From Novakomyces olei (Eukaryota), in NCBI GenBank assembly GCA_016906335.1, contig JADEYG010000005.1, forward strand, positions 62,001-126,000: a stretch of 64,000 nt of DNA, read 5' to 3'. Below the pieces are notes generated by a model. The model did not search any database. It had not been told where the DNA came from and saw nothing but the letters and a program-made list of their open reading frames with translations. Every line of letters begins with the position of its first letter. Within the stretch, counting starts at the first letter, position 1. The translations under genes were made by a program, and so were the position numbers. This document shows positions 13,448 to 26,077 of the stretch, one piece after another.

Positions 13448-14817
13448 TGTGTATATACAGATTACTTTTCGCGCTGTCTCTGCTCAACACTGTGCTCGAG
13501 TAACAGGTACGATCTCGAAGACTTTAGAGATCTTTGCAAGGCTGGGGAAGCCTTATAAATTGGCCTGCTCATTATTGTATGAGAGATAAACAATCAGATA
13601 TCATTTCCAGACGGAAAAAAGGCTGATATGACATCAAGTATAGTCGATCATAATTACGTTTATTGAGCAGCTATTCGTTCGGAATATGAGGGGTTTCCTG
13701 CGTTTTGATTAGTCCATTACCCACGGACGGGCCTTAACGGGTAAGCTTTGGCGCTGAGGACGCGATAAGAATATAAGCCTGGTTGCCCGCAACTGCTGTG
13801 CGACTTGACAGAGCACTAAGCCTTGGTTCCAAGTAACGCAGATGCAATAATTAAAAGGTCTAGTTATTGCATAATTTATTCATCCCACGCACAATTGCCG
13901 ACCCGGCAATATATAATAACTGAAAATATTGAAGTAATGCTATAGGCACTCGGTACCCTGGGCCTTATCGTGCCTTGGGCTAGAATTCCGAGAGAGCCGA
14001 AGAGGGTCCAAGGGCAGAAGCCTCGGATCTATGTCTCTTGATTGCCGCAGATACCGGTTGCATTTGTGGGTTGTAGACGTTGCAGATTGCCGGTTCTAGA
14101 CCATCGTATTCGGTATAGCGCGAGCATCCGCGCCAAGGTGAGACTTTTGTTCCATCCTTTTGGCGTGCTAGATAGAGTCTTGGGAGCAGCCGGGACTTGC
14201 GTACTACCCCGCTTTTCTTCAATTTTCTTGACCCTATATATTGGTAACTATAATTTTTTTGGAAAATGTACTTTTCTCGATTGTACGGATGAATTGCCAA
14301 GCTGCATGAAGAGCATGGCTGCCTATAGTGGGTGCAAAGATGTCATTTTAGAAATCCCCTTATCTTAGTTTAATTATACTTGCATCTAGACTGGAAAAGC
14401 GGCATTTGAGTGTGCAACATTGGTCAGCAAAAGCATACGCGAATGGTGTTAACCAATCATTGCATACCAATTGCTCGTTTACGTTCCCCTCAAAAGCCAT
14501 GTCACGAAAAAAGTGCAAGTATTTTCCATATTACCAGTGTCGCGAGCCAGCAACCATTCTTTCCTTAAACATAATATGCTTGAACAATCGTCATATCAAA
14601 TGGGAACGGATGCTCTACTGCGGCAAATATCAATGGCCTTAAATTGCTGATTTCTGGCAAACCTACTAGCCTTGGCTATCGTGAAACTGTACTTTTGCAC
14701 TATAGTGATATGCGTTTGTTTAAATATAACAGCTCTGCCTAGAGCCGACCGAATAAAAATAAAACCGCTTCATGTCTAAATACGTCTAAAACTGATTATT
14801 GCTGTGCATCACAATAC

Positions 14818-15950
14818 TCATTCCTCGATAATCTCCCGGTTGGAGCCAGCGATCCATTCTTCCTGCAAAGCGAAAAACTCCTTGATACGTCCCACGTTGG
14901 TCTTGTTTCCGGCAGCATGTTGCGCTTCAAGCTCTTCAAGCATGAGTTTGAGCCGGCTCTGTAAAACTTCAACTCTGTATTTGGCCCACTGATAGTATAA
15001 CTCAGAATGCTCAGTGATTGGCCGAATTGTAGTGAGGACTGAAGAGTCGGGAATAAGCGGGTCCTTGGGACGGAACGAGGTGATCATTGTAATCCGCTCG
15101 TTCCCTCCGATTGATCCGAGTGCTTGATGGAGAACGTGTCTGCCCTGCAGAATCACTGCGCTTCCCTAAAGAAAGAATTAGCTTTTATACATTTACGTTT
15201 CCAATTTGGCATTTATGTCTCCAATTTGGCATTATCTTACCATTTTAGGTCCTCGGATCTTTAATATATCTCCCGTGCCTGTTTGCAGTGCAGTTTCACC
15301 TCCCGTCATCTCCGAGGTATCGCTCATCATGACGACACAAACGAACGGATAGCTGTCATGGTGCCATTTGGTGACTGGAACATCGTCCGGGGACTGGTTG
15401 GCCTGTTTTGCAAAGACATTCTTCTGCGAATCTTCCTTTACAGAGATATTCAGATTGCCAATTTCAAGATCCATTATGGGAACGAGCTCAATGCCAGCAA
15501 TTTTCGAAACAATGGACAAAAGCTTGGGGTCATTCCATGCTTGGTACATGAATTGCGCGTACCTAAACAGATTTGTCAGTATGCAAGTTGCCTCTGAGCA
15601 GTCGCTTGTGCTTACTTTGGACTATGCGCCCGAATCTGGCAGCTGGCAAACGACGAACTGTACATGCAGTTGCCGAAGACTTCATCGGTAAAAAACTCGT
15701 TCCTCATAATCTGAATAGCATCGTCCGTGAACAGCTCAAACGGCTCAGAAACAGCGACTGGTGATATGCCCGAGTCTTCGGGAAAGCCCAAGTCTTTAAA
15801 GGTGGTTACCTTGGGGTACTCGTTGAACGACAGGTGCTGCTCGGCATTGAACTTTGAGGCGGCAGCATCGTCAAGGCTCTTGTTGCTGCGAGAGATGATA
15901 GGGTTAAATTTTAACGCGTCAAGCGGAGAAGGAACCACAACTTCACCCAT
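14818..15950 (-). CDS. Uncharacterised Fe(II)/2OG dioxygenase-fold protein (paralogue A), 3 exons (introns 15563-15615, 15166-15240)
   Basis: WHHDSYPFVCVVMMSD (HxD), GGETAL, LQGRHVLHQAL (distal His), ERITMITSFRP (2OG-binding Arg). Clean GT-AG introns restore the frame. Confidence 0.8.
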
Positions 15951-16126
15951 TCTGCTTTTCCAGGTTTTGCTTTTATATTTGCTCTTTTATATTTGGTCTT
16001 TTATGTTTCTCTTTTGACAAAGGCCTCGGCGCAAACACGTACAATACCACTCTTACACCGTCAGTGCCACAAGACCAACACTCTCTTTGCCTCCTCGTCC
16101 CCGCACCCTTCAATTTATAGTGGTAA

Positions 16127-16407
16127 AATTCCGACCCGCGTCGAGTCCTCCTTATTTTGCGACGCTTAATCAGCCTTTGTGTGCGCCGAAACGCTCTGCT
16201 CCTTTAGGAAAGATAACTAGCTGAAAGCCTGGTTCTCTTGTTCCGTAGATCCTGCAAAGTAATGCAGCAGCCAGAATTCCGACGTTATCCTAACGCTGTC
16301 TTAACTTAATCTAGTGGTACATTATCACACAAGTCTAGCCAGCAAGACTAGACGTATATATCCCACCTGTCGGATTAAACTAATCCTGTCACTCTAGAAA
16401 TTCCGAC
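16127..16407. promoter_or_regulatory. Three AATTCCGAC motifs (16127, 16275, 16399), putative Zn2Cys6 half-sites, in the 2OG-A/PhyH divergent promoter
   Basis: Exact 9-mer three times in 280 bp; a fourth copy lies at 8390-8398 in the codA/BADH promoter. Confidence 0.55.
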
Positions 16408-16705
16408 ACATAATGAAACCCGACATGGATGGATAAGGATCGAAATGGGACTTGGCAGCCCGGGATTCGTTTACCGTTCAAGTAATAGAGATTCCGAGAT
16501 ATGCCTCTAATGGATCGATGACATGGCGCTCAGCGTTGTTAAAACGGACTCAGGAGTACCATTTAATTAAAGAGTACCATTTGATTGGGACTTTTCCGAG
16601 ACAAAGCAGCCGTCTGGCCCACGAGCGTAAAGCAGTTCAGTATAAATAGCACTGCTTGTTTGTGGACACTGACGCGAGTTTCTGTATTCCTTTCCGAGAT
16701 CGGGT

Positions 16706-17774
16706 ATGGGATCTCCAGTGGCAAGGCCGCGACCGGCGCCTATTGACCCGTCCTACAAGCCAACTGCGTCAATTGCAAAGATCCCAGCGAGCTCAGACAT
16801 TTCAGATATTCTGGAGGTCATTGAGCGGGATGGCGGTGTTATTCTGACAGATTTTGTTGCCGAACCCGACTTGGCGGCCGTCGACGAAGAGCTCGATAGT
16901 TACAGCAGCAAGCAGGTCCGTACGACAGACAAGAGCGCACTGCATATAATCCCAAAAGAAACGCTTGCTATTCCCGGTCTCGTCGGCAAGTCCGACACAA
17001 TGGCCCATATCTGCAGCGAAAACCCTGTACTGGAGCAGCTGCGCACATACATTTTGGAGGACAAGTTTGACGTTAACCGCGAATCGTACATTGAGAAGAA
17101 CACGATTGATCCAATTTTGAGCATTAGTATTACTCTGCACATCGGGTATGGCGCTCCTCGCCAAGTCTTGCACCGCGACGATAACACGCATGGCACTAGA
17201 CACAGCGAAGAGTTTAATCTAAGGAAAGCCGGTCAGTTTGCCTGCTTGATTGCCGGCTCCAAGACCACTAGAGAAAATGGTGCTACTATGTTTATTCCGG
17301 GCTCGCATAAATGGGACGACAAACGGGTGCCCCGCTTGGACGAAGTTTGCTTCGCAGGTATGTTTTATTTACAACGTTTAGACGACTAAATGTTTCCCCA
17401 ATCAAAACATGGAAAAACGCAAATTACAGCTAGATATTCAAGCTCATTATATTGGTTTTGATTTTATTTCTAACCCGTTTATAGAAATGGAAAAAGGATC
17501 AGCACTAATTTTCCTGGCCTCCTGCTACCATGGGGGAGGCCACAACGCCGTACCCGACGAAACCCGTAAAATTCACGGACTTTTCTTTGTTCGGGGTACA
17601 ATGCGGACCGAGGAGAACCAGTTTTTGGCTATACCCAGAAGCAAAGTTTTGAAAATGAACGACAAAATGCTCACGCTTCTGGGCTACAAGAAGCCTACAA
17701 CTGTTTTGGGCATTGTTGAAAACGAAGATCCTGCTCAAGATCTGCAGGGAGTCTTTGCACGCAATGCCGCTTAA
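16706..17774 (+). CDS. Phytanoyl-CoA dioxygenase (PhyH)-family 2OG dioxygenase, 2 exons (intron 17358-17484)
   Basis: ERDGGVIL, QVLHRDD (HxD), ENGATMFIPGSHKW, YHGGGHN, RTEENQFL, LLGY. Confidence 0.88.
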
Positions 17775-18285
17775 ATTTTTGTTGGAGGGATATGATAGAT
17801 GAATTTGTTTAATGTCACTTTGTGCAGAGAGAAAAGTTCCGAATCGTGGTCTCAAATTACAATAGATGGCGTATTATATAAAATCTCAACACGTAATAGA
17901 TTCATGTCGGCAGTAACAATTTCAAAGTACTGTCTGCGGAATTATTGCTACTTTCAAAAGTAGAAATAACAAAAGCACATAGTTACATTTGCATTCAATC
18001 AAGCCTTCAGTCCAAATCATATTCAGGTAAAACCGACCGTTGAAATAATTCTCTCTAAAACTGTCAATTTACAGTCAAACCCCAAGTGCTGATTTTGAAA
18101 ACACAAAGGGTAGACAAAAGAATGTACCAGCGATTCTGAACTTTCCACATTCATGTCCAATTGGCTTAAAATAGCTAGCAAAGAAAACTTGACAGGCACC
18201 CATTTATCTGGTATCTTTAATTTCTTCATTCGCTAACAAAAAGACTAAATTTACAACAAGGTCATTGCTAGAGAGTACACTGTCC

Positions 18286-20217
18286 CTAGGCATCCTCACC
18301 GAAAAATTCCAAATCAAACTCATCAAACCCGGGAGCCAAATCATTTGGAATAGTACGCGCGTAATAATCGCCAGCAGCTTCAGAACCAGCAGCTTCAGAG
18401 CTACTCAATAAAAGCTCAAAAGACGAACAAAAAGACACAGCTTTGGGGTATTTGTCCACCATGGCCTGTAATGACTGGCCACATAGCCCAATACATTCAT
18501 TCATTTCCGCTTTTTTGGGATTCTGTAGAATATTAAAATTCATGCGCACGTAAATCAACGTTGTGCCTGCTAAAAACAAATTACGTGAATGCTGCCAATA
18601 AACCCTAATTTTTCGTGCATCATGTAACTTTTTGTAAAGGCATATTAAATTAATGCAGATATTAATTAGAGCAAGCCATGATGCTGGGTTCGGAGAAGGT
18701 ATTGCCGGTGAAGGTGCGTGCAAAACGCGTAAAAGATTAAGGTAGATAAGGTCAAAGGATTCTACTGGTGTAGTAGCATTTTCATTTGGTATTGCTGGCC
18801 TTTGAGAATGCCACCACTCAATTTTCGCATTAAAATTAGTGGCCCAAGCTTGAACATTAAAATCTCCATAGAGCTGAGGAGTTTTCATATACAATACTTG
18901 GTGGGCTTCAGACTGGAGTTGACGGCATCTGAACCAATGAAGAGCACACTTCTTTTTTTGCGGTAGTAAATCCTGCATATCTAATATTCCATCTTCGCTT
19001 ATATATGCATCGTTTACGGTAGACGGAAACTAGAATTTAGACAAAGAAACTAAAATTGAAGAAGTTGAGCCAAATAAATAAACAAATATAATATAACATC
19101 GCGAATAAAATAAAAGAAGGGTTTTATGAAAACGGGTGTGGTCAAAGCCCAGAGGTTAACAAAACGTACAGGGAATCACTGCTATAATCGACCTTACTTT
19201 TATATCAATAACTTCATCTGGTATGAAAAAAGGCCGTCGAAAAACAACGCATATTGTCCGTTCCATCTCGTAAAGCGTCCAAAATACTCTGCGTCGTCTG
19301 TCAAAGTACAGCACATCTTCATCTCCATCTTCTGCTACTACCTCACGGTGAAGGTCTAATTGAAGGGCTAATCGAGCGCAGAATCCTGTGGCCTGCCACA
19401 TCCCTCCACAATTTGGATGTATAAAGCCATGCTGGCATAGCAAAAGCATACTTTCAAGCCCGTTCAAGTCATCCCCAAAAACTTGAGGCACCACAAACCG
19501 AATAGCCAAGTGAAAATGGTCTTCGGAGCACGAAAAAGGGACTTTAAGGTCCTTTCTATGGCTGATCAAGTAGGCAATCGCAAACACGAGATGTAATTGG
19601 AACAGGTCCTGCCTTAGTTCAATAGAATCTTCGATGTTTGTAGACTCCTGCATATTGTAAACATTACGCACGCGATCCATGAATGTCTGGAACTTGAACA
19701 ATGGAGTTCCAAACTCGGCAAAGTCAAAATACGCGGTAACAAGAGACATTGCCGTATCAAAAGTCGGAAGGCTGAACTTGGTCTGCCGCTCTATCGGTAA
19801 CGGATCGTTTGTAGGTATGCCTACTGCACCAATCAGAGCTCTTCGAATTTCATCAGACACGCTAACTTCCGATGCTTCCTGGCTCGATTTACCACTCTTT
19901 AGCGGGACGGCTTTGCTGGGTTTGCTGCCGTCATATTGAGCAACTTTTTGCTCAAGGTCGTAAAGGTAGCTTTAGCGTTAGTTAGCCAAGTAAACAGCAA
20001 TAGTGTTTGCCAACCTTCGAGATATTTCACGGCCCGTGATACTGTCAATGGACAAGCAATCGGCACCTGCCAATTCACAGTTTGTGCACGCCTAATCGCA
20101 ATTCAATATCAATATGCACATCAGACAAAATCTTACGGGGAGTCTTTGATCGCACCGCTTTTTCCTTTTCCGACATCGTGAACAGGAAGTCAAGTTTCCG
20201 CGCGCGACAGAGGTCAT
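18286..20217 (-). CDS. Zn2Cys6 binuclear-cluster transcription factor, Ppr1/UaY-like, 4 exons; the zinc cluster is split by an intron and missed by the ORF track
   Basis: From ATG 20217: MTSVARGNLTSCSRCRKRKKRCDQRLP|ACTNCELAGADC...TGREISR|SYLYDLEQKV (C-x2-C-x6-C-x6-C-x2-C-x6-C plus a Ppr1-like linker). Fungal TF domain RLALQLDLHRE...RRRVFWTLYEMER. Confidence 0.88.
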
Positions 20218-20667
20218 TTACAAGGAACCTACATGGATCCGTCAATGGCCGCAGTTGGTCCTGTTTACCTAATATTGCGCACAGGTACATTACTATGAAT
20301 GCCCGATAATATAAATTAGGGTTAGTTAGGATTATTGTGTTTTCTGTTTAGCGGTCTTATCAGTTTCTTCATACATATTACATTTGCATCATATTTTTGT
20401 TAGTTTGATGAAAACATGGTTAACCGTCGGGATTGGACACCACCCGATTTACCCTAATCTGACTGAAAGAAATGCTGCTTTGGATCATCTAGTTGGATCA
20501 TCTAGTCTTGTACGAATCCGAGTTTTGATTATAAAGTTTTAATATAATGTATTCTATCATATGCATCCTAAAGCAGCCGAAACCCCGGTCTATTCAATTC
20601 AAAAAATGGTGCTACCATGTTCATTCCGGTTCAGACTTGCATGAAAAGAGTATTCTTACCAGTCAAT

Positions 20668-22105
20668 TCACAAATGTGCCCTTAATTCACGCATGGCATC
20701 TTTTAGCCGCGTGGTCTTGTCTATTGTCTGCTCCTGGCCCGGTTTCTTCCATGCCCATAATTTACAAAGCTCTGGGTCTAATTTACCCTCCAAGCGGTCG
20801 CATACAAAAGAACCGATGAGTGGTAGAAACTTCCATCCGTGCAAAGACCCGCAAGTAGCTGCAAAGAGTCCTTTAACGGCAGGATGAGGAGCAATTACGA
20901 AATTGCCATTAGGCGATGTGGCATCCCTGGCATTATTAGCACAGGCATTGATAAAAGTGTAATAGTTTAGAAGGGTCGCTCTCTTTTGTCGCTCTCTTTT
21001 GTCGCTATTTACGTTTCCCCTTATTTTCCTTTACTTACCAGCAAAGTTTTGTCGCAACAAAAGGACGTTCAGCGAGGGAGGGCATCATTTCGTGCAGATC
21101 TTTGCGTAAAGCGTTTTGAATGTCCATCGGAACTTGATTCTCCTTGGATTTGCTGAGAATTTCAGGCAAAGATAAGCGAGTCTGAAGCCCCCTTTGCTGC
21201 TCCGAGAAGCGAGGATGCGGGACGCTGACCGTGTTACAGAACCCGGGCCATCTTCGCAAGATCTTGACGCGTCCCTTGTGAGGGGGAAAGAGGTTAAACC
21301 CGGTACTCAGGTTTGTGGTAATAGACATCTTGGACCACTTTTTTTCTTCTGCCTCGGTGACGGGGATAAAGGCTACGGGAATAGCATAGACTTGCGTCTC
21401 TGACTCGAGATCGAGCAGCCTTGTTGACCAGGCTCCCGCAGCGACAATCACGAGCTGAGCATAAAGCACGGAACCGGATTCCAATTCAACCCCCGTAACA
21501 GCTTGGCCATCCGGCGTATAAATCAGTCTCTGCACTGCCTTTCCCGTGACAAAATGAATCGTTTTGTGGGCGAGGCATTTGTTATAATAAACACGGATAC
21601 ACTCCTCCGCGTCGGCCATAGAGGCAGACAAATTGCAGTACCCAATGTTCCACTGAGCCGGCCGGCCCAGCTCGGCCTCAGTAGGGCACTGTGCGTCTTG
21701 TCCGTGGATTCTAGTGTAAATCTCCCGGCGGCCCGGGCTCAAAGCGACACGCTGATTTGCGCGTTTAGCGTTCTCCAGTCCCGTCGTCCATTCGTCCTCA
21801 GCGTCCCCACGTGTGCCATCGTATACGAATGACATGCCCTTGTTATACACATGCTTAGACAGCTCTGGGTCCTGGGCAAAGGCCTGCTGGGCTCTTTTGG
21901 CCAGCTCAGTATAAGTCTTATCCGCATAGTCGGCTCTGACGCACCGATTCAAATCCGTACTTGCTCCGTCCGAGACCGGCGGAGTCTGACGGTCAACGAC
22001 GGTAATTCTCGTGCTCGGGTACCGCTCAGCGAGTTCAAGTGCCGTAGAGAGCCCGAAAACGCCGGCACCAACGACAATAACCGATTCTGGTGGACTCACG
22101 GCCAT
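20668..22105 (-). CDS. FAD-dependent oxidase of the sarcosine oxidase / L-pipecolate oxidase / fructosyl-amino acid oxidase family, 2 exons, C-terminal PTS1-like AHL
   Basis: VIVVGAGVFGLSTA, GASTDLNRCVRADY, VAAGAWS, KLCW (covalent-FAD Cys position). Exon 2 (about 20926-20668) reads DATSPNGNFVIAPHP...CGSLHGWKFLP...RELRAHL-stop. Confidence 0.85.
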
Positions 22106-23053
22106 ACCTCCTTCTAACGCTGAGCCAATCGGTACCAAACCCCAATCTTATTGCAGCCAAGCGGCGACGAGCATTTATATAGACGCTAAAAGTATGCACA
22201 GGCGGAGGACGTGTGCCGCCAATCAACGGTCCTCGGCGACGTCCTGTCGGCGATCGCCGTCGGAGGCCGACTCGTGCCACTAATGATAGAAAATGTAGTA
22301 CTAGTTCATTATTATATCAGAGAAAATCACGTAATGTGTTTTATTCAAGGTTTACAGTATTGGCAAGAGGGATTCAGTTTAAAAATTTATAATGCTGAAC
22401 CTGTCACTTTGCTTGAAGGCACTTTTTACACTATCGGCACTATCGGCACTCGGCTACGCTTTAGCGTTGCGATTGCCGGTTCGGCGATCAAAAGTTCCTT
22501 ATCCGCTTGCTTTGTCAAACGTGCACGTATTACATAATCTGCAGTTGGAGAGATAAAGTATGGCTGTAAACAAGTATTTTTTAATTTAGTGGTTTTACTG
22601 TAATTTAGTGCTTTAATAATATTTAGTGCGTTTAATAATATTCGGTGCTTTTACTGTAATTTAGTGAGGCTCTTACCTATTATTCAGTGCTTTTACTATA
22701 GAAAAATAACCATATAATCCAATTTTCTATCGCGATAAGAGCTCTGCACGTGTGCCTTATCTACGAACCTTCAAACGGCGGTGAATGGAGGCGCGACTGG
22801 CCAAAGTCTAATGATATCATACGGTACGCAATAGCAGCAATTACTATCGCGATAACGTGACTCTTTGAAAATTGCGTTATACATGATTTGCTGCAAGTGC
22901 GATGCGCGGGGCCTACAGCGGACTTCGGCGATCGGCGACAACTGGACGCGATACCGTTATCGACAAAACTTTATCAACGACAGAACCTGAAAACTAGGGT
23001 CGAGCGGCTTTATATAAACACATGAAAACTGACAAACTCACAAAGTAGACACG

Positions 23054-25022
23054 ATGGAGGATACCATGAAGACTCTGACGACCCAGCAAATCTCTGACGA
23101 AGGTCAAAAGATCGCTGGCAATGTGGAAACAGTCTACACCACTGAAGACGACATCAAGAAAAAGAGCGGTGGCGATGCGGCTTTGCGTTTCTTGCAAGAA
23201 AACGAAGGCACTTTTACCTTTACGGTTGAAGAGGAAAAGAAGGTTTTGCGTAAAATAGACTGGCACGTTATGCCTTTGCTTTGCATGCTTTACGGATTGC
23301 AGTACTTGGGTACGTGACTACCGCTTGGCAATTTAATCCTAACTTTTTTCAAAGACAAGATATCTCTAAGTTATACGACCGTCATGGGATTGGAGGAGTA
23401 CGCGCACTTGGCCGGGCAGGACTACAGTTGGCTTTCTTCCCTGTTTTATTTTGGGTACCTCGGATTTGTTTTCCCTGCCAGTATGATCTTGCAAAGGTTT
23501 CCCATTGCCAAAGTGCTCGGGAGCTTTCTGCTTGTGTGGGGGAGCTTGCTGCTTTTACATGCTGCTGCATCCAATTTTGGTGGGTTCGCCGCCTTGAGGT
23601 CTGTTCATACCCAAAAACGCGATATGTGACGAGTTTACTGACTTTTGTAAAGGATTCTGTTGGGCATATTTGAGAGCGCAATTACTCCAGGATTCATGTA
23701 CGCAGTTCTGCTTGGGACAACTGACTAATATTAGGCTGATTACTTCGCAATGGTACCGGGCTTATGAACAGACGACTCGCACTGGCATATGGTTTTCTAT
23801 GAACGGTCTTGCACAGATGGTCGGCGCTGTTGTGGGTAAGTTTTGGCTTTCTTTCATATATTTCGGATTGAAAAGTCTGACAGATTTAGCGTATGCTATT
23901 GCGACTGGGTCTCAAAACAACAATTTTACGGCTATTCCAGCGTTCAAATTCATCTTTATTTATCTCGGTGGTCTGACAGTTATACTCGGCTCAGTGTTTC
24001 TGTTACTGTTCCCCGACTCACCGGCAACCGCAAAATTTTTAACCAAGGAAGAAAAGATGATTGCTCTTGAGCGTATCAGAGACAATAACCAAGGAATTAA
24101 GAATGAAGAATTCAAGCGGTACCAGTTTATCGAAGCTTTACGAGATCCTTTGACCTGGCTTTACTTCTTTTCTTCGTTCATTCAGAATATTGTATGAAGA
24201 CTTTACTGCATAAAACTTTGTGCTAACTTTACACAGCCAAATGGTGTTATGAGTAACTTTACAAGTCTAATCATTGATGGCAAGATTATGATTCATATTC
24301 ACTTTGCTAACGACTTTCAGGGTTCGGATTCTCCGATACAATGTCTCTTCTGCTGCAATTGCCCGGTGGTTTCATTGAACTGACGACCTACATGTTTTTC
24401 GCTTGGCTTGCTGATCGAACCCGCCAAAAGAATCTGTGGGCAATTCTCTCTCTTCTCCCTACTATCGCCGGATTTGCAATCATGGTACCAGTCCATGGTC
24501 CTCATGATCGCGGAGTACAGCTTTTCGCGTATTACCTCACGTATACGTCGTCTGCAATTTGGCTGGTCATGCTCAGTTTGATTTCTACTAATACTGCCGG
24601 ATACACAAAGAAGGGCACAGTGAGCGCTATTAACTTGTAAGTGATTTGAGCTTCAATTGTTAAACTTTTTTTTTTCAATTCGTCTCGATTACTAATTTGA
24701 TACAGGATTGGATATTGTCTCGGAAATATTGTTGGACCACATTTGATCTCGGCTGACGACGCACCTACTTACATTACAGCAAAGACGGTGGTATGTTAAA
24801 CGGCAATTTTGTTATATTGTGAACATATCTAACTTTCAGGTTCTGGTCTTCCTTATCGTGACTGTTGTGTTTCAAGGTGTAATATGGCTTTACTGCTTCT
24901 TGGTAAACCAGCAGAAAAGACGCAGGCTGGCTGAGGCGGGAGATAGCTATACACGACAGGCAAATCAGGAATTTCTTGATTTGACGGACAGAGAAAACTT
25001 GGAATTTCTGTACGTCCTTTGA
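23054..25022 (+). CDS. MFS transporter, allantoate permease (Dal5) family, about 9 exons, one probable GC-AG intron
   Basis: RKIDWHVMP, QYL|DK, YSWLSSLFYFGYL, QWYRAYEQTTR, PDSPATAKFL, NTAGYTKK, GNIVGP, DLTDRENLEFLY. Confidence 0.88.
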
Positions 25023-26077
25023 ATTACATATATTATTTACGTACTTTTTTATTTGGATTATATGGAGGTTGTTTGCTGGGATAAGAATTGTACTTTTTAA
25101 TACATATGTTTATTATTTATTTATCTCTCCCCATGTATACACTCAAGCCCTGTTTTGTACAGACAAGTCAGCGAAACGGAGAAAAAGCATTTAAAATAGC
25201 GAAATAAAAAAGCGAAGAGGAAGTCTAACACTTGTTGCCAATGAATGTTGATGGGCCGGTTGAGTAAGGATATAAAATTCGTCTCGTAGAAAAACTGCAT
25301 CGCTACTTATAAAGACAAGCCAACTAGAAGGGCGATACTAACCTGGCTTTGGAAATGCAATTCCATCGTGCAGGTACCATGTAGTAGAGCGCATAATTAT
25401 AATCAGGAAGTGGTTTTGATTGGAAACTAAAGCAAAAAAATAAAAATCTGAAACCAAACAGAACAAAACAAAACATACGGAAAATGAATACTGACAGAGC
25501 ATCGCACATGATATAACTAATAAATAAATAAAAAACAATAATTTGCTCAATGTTAGGCCACGGTTAGTTTTCTTAGGTTGTATAGGGGGAAAATCAAGAA
25601 ATTTACCAAAATTTTGTGTAAGATAGGCAGATCAAGAGTAAGATGACCGCAAAATTCACGGTCAAGTTTCCAAAAGTTACGCGAAACGGATCATAAAACT
25701 CAGCTTTGGGTATGGCTGCCAATAGAAGTCAAGAATTCGAGTACAAAATTTGAGTCGCTCAATAATACGCATATGACAAAAGCATAGATTGAATTTGTAC
25801 TTGGCAAAAACCAGTCATAAAGCACTTTTAAACTAAAATCATCTTTGGCTCTTTGCAATGTTGTCTTTACTCCATATCGAAAGGAACAGCATTTGTTTTC
25901 CCCACATCATCTATATTTTTGGTCACGTGCTTTTTATATATAAATCTCAATGAATCGGATTATCCTTCTCTATACAAAATTATCTACAATGACGTGGGCG
26001 TCATTGACGATGAATTAACGTACAGATCGACTTTATCAGGGCTTAACAAAAAGAAACTGACTGGCAAAAATTACAAG

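Noticed and set aside
13600-14800. Short ORFs (13980-14300, 14042-14368, 14406-14642) in a 1.3-kb intergenic region
   Set aside because: No recognisable domains or consistent splice pattern; treated as promoter/terminator DNA. An ncRNA cannot be excluded by eye.
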